Positions 21,206 through 32,577 of a stretch of DNA of 64,000 nucleotides are shown piece after piece. How positions within the stretch are numbered: position 1 is the stretch's first letter; every line of letters starts with the position of its first letter. Both the position numbers and the translations under genes were made by a program. The stretch is from Lepidodermella squamata. Lineage: Eukaryota; Animalia; Gastrotricha. The stretch is from positions 1-64,000 of the forward strand of contig JBLDXI010000059.1 of NCBI GenBank assembly GCA_047495785.1, written 5' to 3'. The notes beneath the pieces are model-generated. The model was not told the origin of the DNA, made no database searches, and was given only the letters and a program-made list of their open reading frames with translations.

Positions 21206-22630
21206 TCACGACCTAGCAAACATAGGATCAAAGTCGAATAGGGCAACACTTTCGAAAGCTGAACAGTCCATTTCGAAATCGACATCTTCCAAATTCAGGA
21301 ATCTCATCATAACCGGTGGCAAACCCAACTGTTGGATGGCATCCTGACGCTTGGCCAGGCCTTGAGGCAATTTTCGCAGGATTGCGCGCCGAGCAAGGAA
21401 TTGTAAAGAAAATTGATAGGATGATGAGAAAAATGCCGGAATGGCAGCCGGTATCTCGACGCCCAGATAACCGTGTTGAAATTGAAAATCCTCGGATGAA
21501 AAATAATCAGAAATAGTCGATTTCTTGACATTAGTCAGGTCGCATAACGAGAGAGCAAAACAGAAGATCTTGTGGCTAAGTTCAGCGTTTTTCAACACAT
21601 CAGATCGAACGATGAGCGTCATCAGCCAGGTCATATCCGCATTCAGGAATGGCGCGTTGCCTTGCGACAAAAAACCAGCCCGAGCCAGGGGCAAGAAGCA
21701 AAATTTGAGCAGAGATGGCGCTGCAGCTTTGATGGTCGGGTTCTCGTAAATACGCCAAGATGGGTAGGTAAACTCCGAAAGCGAGACTTTATCACCCCGA
21801 TCGTGGGCCATTTCGGCGATTTGGCAGAAAATTCGGTCGAAATTCGGGATGAAATGAGCGATTTGCAGTAAATATCGCAGAAATTCCATACAATCGAAGT
21901 CGGTGATTGATTTCAGGAAAGTTCCGATGAGAATATCCAACACTTTAGAACGATTCTCAGTGTCACTTCCAGACTTGAACTTTCGGAACCAGAACAGAAA
22001 TAGCTCTGAAATTCGCAATAAATTAGAAAAAATTGAAAAAATGTTTCAAAAATTACGCTCGGGCCAACGCTCGCAACCGTAGTCTATGCTTCTACTCTTC
22101 AGCATCAACGGTAAATCACTTCGCCACAGTTTAGCGAGGGCTTCACAAATCTTGACAGAGTCGTCGGAAACTGGCTTGAAGCCGTGAAGAAATGGCGTTT
22201 CGAAGAAAGTCGTAACGAGCTCGGGTAAAACATGGGCCGGGACTTCGAGTTTAGCATCGACAATGCGCTGAAATCGCTCGTAATCCCTGCATTTAATAGC
22301 CAGCGACAGGGCAATGAAGTCGCATGGCGAAAATGCGACATTTCCTCCGAAATTTGATTGCTCGATTTTGAAACGGTTCAGCTCGATGCAGCAATCGATG
22401 AGCGCAGGGAATAGCCACGTGTCGAGCATTTTGCTAACGGACTTGTCAACGCAGATTTGGCCGTGGAAAATGTTGTGGACCAGGTCGACGCCTACAAAAT
22501 CGTGTTGACATCGAAGTGATATTCTGCCAGCGAATTGAGGCCACTTCTCTTTGATCATGTAAATGATAAGGCGGCTGGCATCATCCAGCGATTCTCCGCC
22601 GATGTACGAATCGCTAGCGTAACGATTCAT
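21206..22630 (-). CDS. SOCS-box protein B2 (2 exons, intron 22006-22056, ~457 aa)
   Basis: A 51-nt GT-AG phase-1 intron joins the two track ORFs, at the same position as in B1. C-terminal SLQFLARRAILRKLPQG...IQQLGLPPVMMRFL. Confidence 0.85.
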
Positions 22631-23190
22631 TAAACTTTATCCAATTCAAAGTCTACAAAGACATTAAAATTAGAATGAACCGACAAAACCCAAATATAGG
22701 CGCCCACAATTCACAGGCATAACAAAATCGGGGATTTGCACGGTCTTATCAGAATCGATAAAATTACGTGTTTTAGCCTTCCTAGTATAGAAGTGGCCTG
22801 TTTTGCGTGGCTGAGAACTGCAATCAAATCACTGACCTCGCGCGCTCTCTTTTATATGACCCGCGACACCGACGTTTTATTACACCATCATCACTGATTG
22901 CTGCGCTAATTATCGTCACTACCAGGCGCTATCTACGCAATCGGCACTAATAATTATTAGGTACCCATACGCAAAGGACAGCGCGTGGAAATGAATTATT
23001 GAATAAAATAATGGCAGAAAAAAATTCGTGGCAATTTTTGGAGTGATATCACTCCTTCTGCTCGGCCGTCATTCAAATCTGTCTGGCTTTCAGTTTTGTG
23101 GACTCGGCTGATTTCGTCAGGCGGTGAATTATTTCGCGTTTTACTTAGCCTTACCTTGCAGAACTGAAGTCCTTGAATCGTTGTTTGAAA

Positions 23191-23235
23191 ACGAATTCGC
23201 CATTTACGAATTCGCCACTTACGAATTCGCCACTT
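23191..23235. repeat. 15-bp minisatellite x3
   Basis: ACGAATTCGCCA(T/C)TT repeated three times. Confidence 0.9.
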
Positions 23236-23793
23236 ATCTGAATGCCCGCAGACTTTCGATCTCACAGTTTTAAGAATGTCTTGATTTAAAATGACTTAAA
23301 GACTGCCTTTTTTCTCATCGATATTTTTCGTAATAATTTTCGCAGTAGAGGGTCGCTTAAACGCAACTAAAATGCGTCGGGAGGGCGGTTTACTGTGATC
23401 AAAATCTGCAGCTAGCGCGGCGAGTTAGCGCCAACTTGGCGCCACCCTATGAGTCCTATTGAGGGTGACTGCTAATCGCAGGTGCGGCGATTATTCACGC
23501 GGCTTGTATTAAATCTGCAATTTAGCGATTATTAGAGTGCGACCTCTATACTGTAGTCAACTGTATTTCTATACCCATCCCATCTCACTTGACAGATTGC
23601 ACCTGCGGCTTATCAAAAAAGCTTGATGCGCGAGTGACCAAATAAGGAATACATCACGCTACATCAGATGATTAAATACAACAGCAGCCTGCTTTCCGTG
23701 AAAATAGATCGTGGCATGCCGAACATGCAAAGATAAGAAAAAAACGCTGCGATAAAACTCGTTTTACAGAACCTTTTCCCAACCGCGATGTTA

Positions 23794-23865
23794 GCCACGG
23801 TAGTATAGTGGTTAGTATTCCTCGTTGTGGCCGAGGTGACCCTGGTTCGACTCCAGGCCGTGGCA
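23794..23865 (+). tRNA. tRNA-His (GTG)
   Basis: Acceptor stem GCCACGG/CCGTGGC, D-loop TAGTGGTTAG, anticodon GTG at 23827-23829, T-arm CCTGG-TTCGACT-CCAGG, and an oligo-T terminator from ~23901. Confidence 0.97.
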
Positions 23866-24294
23866 GAGTCACACAACTCGAGCAAGTGGCATGCGGTTCA
23901 TTTTTTGTTTTTTGTTTTTTTTGTTTTTAATTATTATTTCAATTATTGTTTCATTTTTTCCAAAATATCACAAAATCTATAAAAGCGGAGCCTCAAATCG
24001 AAGCACAGAATTGCCGGAAGATTGTTACAAAATGATGATTCACCGTCAAAATTGCTGACAGTTGAATTTTAATTTTTCAGGATAAACCCGCCGAAAACTT
24101 CAAGTAACAGACAGCCAACTATAATGAATAAAAAACAGAATTTAGGCTTTGATAAACAGGATTTTAATAAATTATCTTGAAATAAATTTAATATCAGCAA
24201 CATGAAATCGAAAAACAGTAAAGTGAGCATTAGAAGCGTGAAAGTTTGATTCGTTCGAAATTGAAAAAGAAATAGTTCAGAGCCGTCGAGAATT

Positions 24295-25650
24295 TCAATG
24301 AGCAACAGGAGAGTTTTCCACATTTTGAAGAGAGCGGCGCTGTGTTTTCTCACCGGCTACACTTGCAAGCCGAGGGTTGACCAAGGCGGGGATTTCTGGA
24401 CGTTCAATAACAGCACCGACGATCATCAGCGTGAAGTTATTGGTAATAAGAGGTACATCAATCGTGGTGGCCGCAATTTCGAGATCGCCGGTTAAAATCT
24501 GACTCGATCGGCCAGTAGAAGAAATCGTGAGCTCTAACCAGCTTTTCTCATCAGGCATTACGACGGATTTTTCAAATTGAACTTTGTAGTCCACATCGGC
24601 AATTATCACGCTCGGGCTAATTTCGACGCCGGAACTTCCGAAATTCTGGATGAAAATAGTTTTACTGTATTGGGAGTCAGCTCGAATCGGAGGTAGGATG
24701 AGTTTTTCAAGGCTTCTGAACTGGTCATCGAACATTTTTAAATAAATCTTCTCAAACCTAGTTCGTATAGGCAAGCTGCTTATTTCAATTGAAGGCGAGC
24801 AGTCTAGAAATGCGACCAGTTCAATATCGTAATTTGCGCTAAATTTTGACGGTAGGCAATAAAGAGCGAAATCTTGCCGGGATTTCGGGGCCAAACAGAA
24901 CGAAAGCGATGATTCAGTTTGGTGCAAAGACGGCAATTTAGGCGGAGTTTTGTTATTCGCTAGTAGAAATAGTCCAAAATGTTGCCGGGCAGCTTCTGGC
25001 CTCAACTTGACGACCAGGGAAACATAGGGCTGAGTCATGTTAGTCGGATTCCGAAAACCGACCGAAAAAACGGCAGATCGACATTGGCCGACAGCAACTC
25101 GAGTGAGGTCATCGCCTTCGAATCTGGTCAAATTTACGGCAGGTAGATGGACCGAGGCGTTGAAGTTAATAGCTGGTAGCTTCGTGATTTTGTCTTCCTC
25201 GCATGCGAATAGAGTGATCGGAGCGGAAAATTCGCCAATTTCGCGTGGTTCGAATCGAAATCGTAGCCAGCCGATTCGACCGGCGAAAACGTGAGTAGAC
25301 GATTTGGTTGCTACGAAGCTGCTGCTATCAGCTACCAATCGATCGTCGCATTTCAAGGCTCCGACTACGGCAAAAACTTCGGCGCTTGATCGCTTTCCAT
25401 CTGTTATTTCGAGATCAAGGATGACATCGGTGCTTTGGCCGATGTAAGTTAGGACATTTTCGGTTCGCCAACGGGATTCGATTGAAATAATCGACTCAAA
25501 CTTGAAAATTAAGGAGGATATCTGATGAATGATTCAATTTTTGAAATAAATCACACCTACCGAGTCTTCAGGTGCCAGGTCTTCTTCGCCAAACGTCAAA
25601 TTTGGCGAGATGGGTTGCAGCAAATAATTTATATCAAGTTGATCGCCCAT
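24295..25650 (-). CDS. ASH/PapD-like Ig-fold repeat protein C1 (Cep192/Spd-2-like; intron 25522-25560)
   Basis: Beta-rich repeats with FEPREIGEFSAPI, VGFRNPT, IFIQNFGSSGVEI and VMPDEKSWLELT, typical of ASH domains. Paralog of 48921-50223 with the same phase-0 intron. Confidence 0.65.
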
Positions 25651-26321
25651 AATTAGAAAATAACTCTAAAAACAAACAAAAATTCTATGTTGAAATTCTA
25701 AGATTATGATGAAGAAACGAGGATGACACTCAATAAATCCCTCAAATAACCTAATAATTTTACATGGTCGAATTTTGATGGCACTCTGATGCTAAGATGA
25801 AATAAAAAGCACCAAACAGCTCGTCGGTCAACTTTAGAGGTTTTTTCGATGGAATCTGGCTATAGGCCAAGAGAATTCAATGATGCCTGGAAATTTGTCG
25901 TCTAAATCTGTGGACATATACCTTAAAATGTTAGAAATTTCGTAACAGCAGCCTGTGCTTACACACATTTCGCAATTTATTGAACAAGATTTTCAGTAAA
26001 CATAGCAAGATTTATTTAAAATGGCCCTTCAATTGACAGATATAGTAACAACGTATCCAGGTGTTTTGAATTTTAGCCACGGAGGCAGCACAGTAAAAAG
26101 CGGTTTTCAACGTTTCAGTACATCCTGAGCAGAGGAAGGAGAAAATCATAAACAACTCATACTTTTCCGATAGATTATAGGTTTCAAACGCAATCAATGG
26201 TAGATATTTAAGTGATTGGCACACAGATTCAATATAGAAGCAAGAATTAAGAGATTTCAAACGAGAAACAAATTCGTTTCATTTTTCACCAGCAAATCCG
26301 CGAACATCGCAAACGAGGAAA

Positions 26322-28418
26322 CTACTTTGACTGATTTCCAAGGCATTCAGAGTCATCGTTCGGTGCCAAATGGGAAAGAACAACAGCCAGGGTCATCTTA
26401 GCGACTTCTGCAATCTGGCGCGTTTCGATGGTTGTGAAACGTCGGCGATAGCCCAAATTAGCGCCAAGTACAACAAACACCTGGAACAGATTCTTGGTAT
26501 CAAACGCGGATGTAGGAACAAGGGGCGGCAATACGACAAAAATCGAATGAAAAACAAGCAACTGATTGGCGATCTCATCAATCGGAGCATTGATGTCGTG
26601 AGGGAGCATCAGATTGGCAAGACGGCGTAGCTCAGATTGGTATTTCGAGGCCAAACGCTGACGGCATGTTTCATCACGCAAATTTTGAAAAACAGAAGTA
26701 ACGTGGCTCAAACGAAAATGAGACTTGCCACTCTCGAACTGGCACAGGTATTTAACCAACGGGTCACACTGTTCGGATTGCAGAAGTTGAGCAAAATAGG
26801 ACTCTTCGAACGGCTTTGCCTTCATGAGGTACTGCAGAACCGTGAAAATGACCGACTCGTCACAAGGCAGGCCGTTGAAGTTGATCTTGGAAATTTGCGA
26901 GAAAACAGCGGTGACAAATCGATTGCAAAATGCTCGGTCATTCGCGACGGCCAGGGCGTTGGCTTCAGATCGGCAAATCCGTTCGAGTATCCAAATCACG
27001 CTGGAAATGCACATGACGAAATAAGGACTGCCGTGTTCAGGCGTGAGTTTAGCCAAATTTTTGCCGCCAAATTCGATTCTTGACGTGAAAAATGCGAGCA
27101 TTGACGAGTAATTACAGATCGAAATGCGGTAAGAGGATTCGCGCAAAGCCAACACCATTCTCGAAATCATGTTAATCATTTGGTTCGACAACAGGAGCTT
27201 CGTCATAACGAAAGGTCCAACATTGGCGATCGATCCAATGTGGAGATCTTGCCAGTCAGCAAATGCGAAAGTGCCCAGCAGCAGAAATCGATCGATCGAT
27301 CGAGCAATGTCCTCCTTTGGCAAAGCTCGAAAATTCTCGAAAAATTTCGGGTTAGACGTTTCGAACAGGCGTTCAACAGCTCGAACAAACAGCCCAGGGG
27401 TGTCCCAAACTCTGCCATCCTGATAGCTCCTCCGAACATGAAATTCCGATCCTCCAAAAACGACAAGAACTGCAATCTTCGAGTACCAGCTGAAGTCATC
27501 ATAAGGCGCGAAAACATCAAGGTTGTCCAGCGCCGGGAATGACAAGTTGGCCCATCCGAAAATGACCTCGCCGAACGCGCCCTTAGGAGCCATGGCCAGC
27601 TTTTTCAGAGCCTCCGGGGTGGCTAGGCTCGTTCCGAAACTCGCTAAGAAAGGTTTATGCCAACTTCGTCTGGCGATGAGATCTCGAAGGTGAGGCATTC
27701 TCTTCAGAATTTTGCATAGGGTCAGAGTCAGTCGACCGAGAAAGCGGAGTTTCTGAACGCTGTAGGTAGCAAAATCGGCGTTGGCCAGAATATCGACTAA
27801 AACCGGATTTCGTTCGATGCCAGTGATGAATTTTTCAGCAATCGGCTGCATGAATGCCACAGGTTTTCGCAGGACCGTCGAAAAAAGGTTGAGCAAAACC
27901 GTGAAATAGTGAATGCTCTGGTCCCAATCAACCGGGTTCTGCAAGTTCAGGATGAATTCGCCGGGCGGGAGCTTGTCGAAAATATCTATCTCGGGCGAGC
28001 ACATGAATTGTACACCGACCTCTTCAAAGTCCGTTTGTCCAGTCTCAGGCGTGTGGTGACGAATTTTCAGCAGCGCGTTCAGTCCAGCGCCTTCGATGAG
28101 TTTGCCGCTTTTGTAGAACGTCTTTATCGTTTGTTTCAGCAGCTCTTCGTCCGCTTCACCCGCTACCATGACAGCATGTCGCAGGCTACTGAGCGCTGTG
28201 TTGAAGTCGCCGTCCTTTTTGGCGGCTTTCGCCGTTTTCATCAGAGTCGAAACAACCCACTCACGTGAAGCAACTTCAGATTCACCGCCAGCCGCTTTTA
28301 TTCGAACAGAGTCGCAAAATTTGACCACATCCGAACCATTCTTCAAATTGTAGAACAATGCGCCAATTTTCGCTGATCCTGGCTCGACGCCATCGCCAAA
28401 TAACAGCTCAAAATCCAT
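26322..28418 (-). CDS. Family A copy A5, 698 aa
   Basis: MDFELLFGDGVEPGS start, TPR-like segment, and PYDDFSW, IDRFLL...ADW and NDRAFC motifs. Confidence 0.9.
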   Translation of the reverse strand: MDFELLFGDGVEPGSAKIGALFYNLKNGSDVVKFCDSVRIKAAGGESEVASREWVVSTLMKTAKAAKKDGDFNTALSSLRHAVMVAGEADEELLKQTIKTFYKSGKLIEGAGLNALLKIRHHTPETGQTDFEEVGVQFMCSPEIDIFDKLPPGEFILNLQNPVDWDQSIHYFTVLLNLFSTVLRKPVAFMQPIAEKFITGIERNPVLVDILANADFATYSVQKLRFLGRLTLTLCKILKRMPHLRDLIARRSWHKPFLASFGTSLATPEALKKLAMAPKGAFGEVIFGWANLSFPALDNLDVFAPYDDFSWYSKIAVLVVFGGSEFHVRRSYQDGRVWDTPGLFVRAVERLFETSNPKFFENFRALPKEDIARSIDRFLLLGTFAFADWQDLHIGSIANVGPFVMTKLLLSNQMINMISRMVLALRESSYRISICNYSSMLAFFTSRIEFGGKNLAKLTPEHGSPYFVMCISSVIWILERICRSEANALAVANDRAFCNRFVTAVFSQISKINFNGLPCDESVIFTVLQYLMKAKPFEESYFAQLLQSEQCDPLVKYLCQFESGKSHFRLSHVTSVFQNLRDETCRQRLASKYQSELRRLANLMLPHDINAPIDEIANQLLVFHSIFVVLPPLVPTSAFDTKNLFQVFVVLGANLGYRRRFTTIETRQIAEVAKMTLAVVLSHLAPNDDSECLGNQSK

Positions 28419-29525
28419 ATTCTAAAATCATATGAAACGAGAATGAGATATAAATTAAATTTTACAGAAACTGACAAAAAACTGAAGGTTATGCCAAGTG
28501 TGCACCCTAAATTTAGGGTTGCAGCTCTAAATTTCACCGAAATATATGGCTTTCAAGTTCTAAGTCTTCCCTAGAATCTCAGATTTGTTATTATCAAGCC
28601 TAAACGATGCACTATCTCAGCTTATGACTTCTATTGATTTAGCAGCCGATATTATTCACAGCATCGATTTTACTCATCAGTCAAAACTGAAATCTGTCAA
28701 AAAATGATATTTGAAATAAAAAAACTGTCAAATCAGGAACTCAAAAAAGGAAATATTTCTACCTAGCTGACGATACCTGGTCGCCAAAAAAAACCATCGT
28801 CATGGGTCCAGCAATATCGATGGAGAACAGAAACTGCAGAAATCGCAAAAAAATCGGAAGAAAGGGTGAAGCGTGAGGGTTCATGAGCTTTTTTGAAACC
28901 TCCAGAATTACATTTTTTTTACGATGTTTCGCGATTTCGAATTTTTTCGTTCTTGGTCGATATTGATGCCCTCCATATCCCTGGGGTATTTCATTATTTT
29001 AGCTACCTGCTAACCTCGGGGAATAAATGTATAATTTTGGCTCCCCAAACTGCTGGGATCGGAAAAAATCTCACTAGCAAAATTAATACCGGAAATTGCT
29101 CAGGTGGCTGTAAATTGGCGCAAAATACGCCTATTAGATGTGCCGGTTTCCGGATAATAGAGAAATTGAGGTGTAGAGGAGACAGAGTGAAACTCGCGCG
29201 CCCCTTGTTCACCTGTACTACTAGGCGCAATCTCTTGCTTCAATTTCGAAATTCGAAAATACCATAATTTCTCTGACTTTTAATTAACAAGAAATCAGGT
29301 CGCAGAATTGCCGCAAAACATACCTCTGCTTTCCGGAGATCTTCACTTATGACGAAAGTTAAGACGAAATCGTAATTTTAACAACCTAAGAAAAAAATAA
29401 TCACAACAATAATTTGATGGCAGGTTTTCCTTTTATTAGGATTCTAGAACAACCAAAAATGAGGATTCATTGTGAGTGAAACAGCGTAAAATCTTCATAA
29501 AACTTTCAAACGATGAAAAACAATG

Positions 29526-31487
29526 TCAACGACCGGAAACTACTCCGCTGACGTGGCTAACGAAGTCGATCAAATGCTGGCTAGGCAGATTGTCTTCGTT
29601 CAGCGTCCACCAGTGGGAAACAATGATAGCTAGAGTAACCGAAGCAAGGTTAGAAATCTGGCGCCTCTCGGACGTTAAAAAACGTCGGCAATAGCCCAAG
29701 TTTGCGCCAAGTTCAAGGAGCCTCTCAACCAACTTCTTCGAATCAAAAATCGTCGCAGGTACAAGGGGAGGTGAGACAACGAAAATCGAGTGAAAAATTA
29801 GAAGTTGATTCGCAATGACATCGATCGGCTCGTTGCTGTTTCGAGGAACCATCAGCGTGGCAAAACGGCGCAGCTGAGACTGGTATTTCGAGGCTAAACG
29901 CCTGCGGCAACTTTCATCAAGCAAGTTGCCGAAAACAAACGCAATAAGGCTCAACTGAAAATTAGGCTTCGCATTCATCAAGCCCAGCACCAGCGAGTCG
30001 CACTGTTTGGTCTGTAGCAACTTGGCGAAATACGTCTCTCCAAAGGGCTTCGCTTGAACAAGAGACTGCAGCACTCTGAGAATCAAGAACTGCTCAAACT
30101 TATCACAGTCGAAATTTTTCATATCAAAGAAGTTCGGAATTTTAGACAAAACCGCCCCGACAAAACAATCGCAAAATGCGCGATCATTCGCTGCGACAAC
30201 GGCATTCGCGTTTGATCGGCGTCTGATTTCATTCAAAGTCCAGAGTACTTTATCCAAGGTTGCGATGAAAAAGGGACGGCCAAAAGTGAGTGATAGTTCG
30301 GCCAGGTTCCTTCCACAGTATTCGAGTTTCGATGCGAAAAAAGCGAGGAACGAGCAGTAGTTGGTAATGCACACGCGGTATGACGATTTTTCTAGATTCC
30401 TCATCAGGGTCAAGACCAAATTGTTCGCTTGGAAAAACAGAGTGAGCCTTGTCATTACAACAGGCCCGGCACTAGAAGTCGAGTTAATCAGGCAGCACTT
30501 CCAATCGGCAAATGCAATAACTCCAAGTAACAGAAATCGGTCGATTGATCGGGCTATTTCATCGCTAGGCATGTCTCGAAACGTTTTAAAGAACGTCGAG
30601 TTTGAGCGTTGGAAAAGACTTTGAACAGCTCCGACGAATAGCCCAGGGGTATCCCAAACACCGCCATCCTGGTAGCTCCTTTGAATGTGGAACTCCGATC
30701 CACCAAAAACGACAAGAACGGCCATTTTCGAGTACCAGCTCAAGTCATCAAAAGGTGCGAAAACATCAAGGTTGTCCAGCGCAGAGAATGATATGTTGGC
30801 CCAACCGAAAATGACCTCGCCGAACGCGCCCTTGGGAGCCCTGGCCAGCTTTTTCACAGCCTCCGGTGTGGCTAAACTGTCACCGAAATTTGACATGAAA
30901 GCTTTAACCCAGCCTTGTCTGGCGACGAGAACACGAAGACGAGACGTTCTTTTCAAAATTGCGGAAATGGTCAGAGTCAATCGACCGAGAAATCGGAGTT
31001 CCTGAAGATTGTAGGCAGCAAAATCAGCTTTCACGAGAAGATCGACTAAAACCGGATTTTGTTCGATGCCAGTGATGAATTTTTCAGCAATCGGCTGGAT
31101 GATAGCAACTGGATGCGTTGAAAAACTGTTGATCAAAACCGATAAATCATGAGTGTTCTCATTCCAGTTGACCAGGCTTTGCAATTTCAGGATAGACTCG
31201 ACGGTTGGAAGCAAGTCGGAAGGATCTACTTCGGGCGAACTCGGGATTTTTAAACGACCCGATTCAGCAATCTGATAAAGCATTTTCACTACACGTAATG
31301 CGTTTTCTCCCAAATTCGTTAACGTAGAAACAACCAATTCGCAAATAGAAACTTTGCCAGCCGCTTTCGCGCGAACAGAATCACAAAATTTGACGACATC
31401 TGAGACATCCTTCAAGCTGTAGAACAAATCGCCAATTTTTGCCGATCCTGGCTTGGCGCCATCGCCAAATAACAAATCAAAATCCAT
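29526..31487 (-). CDS. Family A copy A6, 653 aa (close paralog of A5, TPR region largely deleted)
   Basis: Long near-identical blocks with A5 (APKGAFGEVIFGWAN, RSYQDG.VWDTPGLFV) but a shortened N-terminal helical segment. Confidence 0.88.
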   Translation of the reverse strand: MDFDLLFGDGAKPGSAKIGDLFYSLKDVSDVVKFCDSVRAKAAGKVSICELVVSTLTNLGENALRVVKMLYQIAESGRLKIPSSPEVDPSDLLPTVESILKLQSLVNWNENTHDLSVLINSFSTHPVAIIQPIAEKFITGIEQNPVLVDLLVKADFAAYNLQELRFLGRLTLTISAILKRTSRLRVLVARQGWVKAFMSNFGDSLATPEAVKKLARAPKGAFGEVIFGWANISFSALDNLDVFAPFDDLSWYSKMAVLVVFGGSEFHIQRSYQDGGVWDTPGLFVGAVQSLFQRSNSTFFKTFRDMPSDEIARSIDRFLLLGVIAFADWKCCLINSTSSAGPVVMTRLTLFFQANNLVLTLMRNLEKSSYRVCITNYCSFLAFFASKLEYCGRNLAELSLTFGRPFFIATLDKVLWTLNEIRRRSNANAVVAANDRAFCDCFVGAVLSKIPNFFDMKNFDCDKFEQFLILRVLQSLVQAKPFGETYFAKLLQTKQCDSLVLGLMNAKPNFQLSLIAFVFGNLLDESCRRRLASKYQSQLRRFATLMVPRNSNEPIDVIANQLLIFHSIFVVSPPLVPATIFDSKKLVERLLELGANLGYCRRFLTSERRQISNLASVTLAIIVSHWWTLNEDNLPSQHLIDFVSHVSGVVSGR

Positions 31488-32577
31488 ACCCTAAAAAAAA
31501 TAGAAAATTGATGAGAAAGAGATAATATAATTATGTAATTCCGTATTATGTAGTGCGTGAACAGGGGACAATTTGATGTGGTTAAAAAATAGCCGTAACT
31601 GGATGTTTATCATTATGCCTTAAAAATGGTTCATACTTGCGACATCAGATGAGAAAACTGCGCTTTTACTACACATGACTACATGCGGTGCGCGCGCCCT
31701 CGCTCGGTCCAAAAACGTCGCCCCACTTCGCTCCGCGCGCGCGGTTACACGACAAGGCGCCAACAAGAGCGAACGAGAGCGAAAACTGCTCGTGTAAACT
31801 AATTTTATACTAATCGTACCACTGAGCGCCTCTCATGGGCGGCCGGATGAGAGAGAGTAAGAGCCACTCTAGAGCGATCGCGCGGCCGCGCCCTAATATA
31901 TAATTTTATTGACTTCATAATTTAGTGCGTTATATTCTAGGTCGCGCGCCCCTCAAACTTCGACCGGTGTTCCGACCCGGACGCCGGCCTGGGAAGTTGG
32001 TAATTAAGCGGGTAGCCGGTTACGCTTCCGCGCCGGCGCGTCATGCGATGATCGGTAGCGAGGACTCGCGAAAAGGGCGCGGCCGCCTTTTGACCAACTG
32101 CGGCATCAAAAGCGCCGGCACCCGCGCGCAAGGCGAGCCCGGCATCAACAGTCATGTCGATATTACTGATGAGTGTTAACATTAGTGTTACTCGAGGCAA
32201 TAAAACAAGTACAGCCGACTATCACCTACTATCGCCCGATCAAGTAATTGATTAGTTATAATTTGCGGATGATTTGCCGATTAGATACCGACTTAGCAGC
32301 ATGCGGCTGTTTTATTAGTGGCCAAAAACGGCGCGATACTTATTGCGAAAACCGCAATAATTGGTAAAAGCGAAAAAACAGGCATTGGCGATTGCGAGGA
32401 TGAGCCCATTCGCCGATTATATTTAGCTTTTCTCACCTGAAAAAACTGATGTAAAGAATTAGATAAAAAATAGTTCATACATGCGCCTTTATTATATCAC
32501 ATCATAAGCAAGTTCCAAATCGTTATTTTTCAGCATTTCATGCACGACGCCAGATAATTTCAAAATAAGTGTTTTAA

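Noticed and set aside
22783-23553. Possible MITE bounded by TAGTATAGAAGTGGC and the reverse complement of CAGTATAGAGGTCGC
   Set aside because: The match is short and degenerate, with no convincing TSD on both sides.
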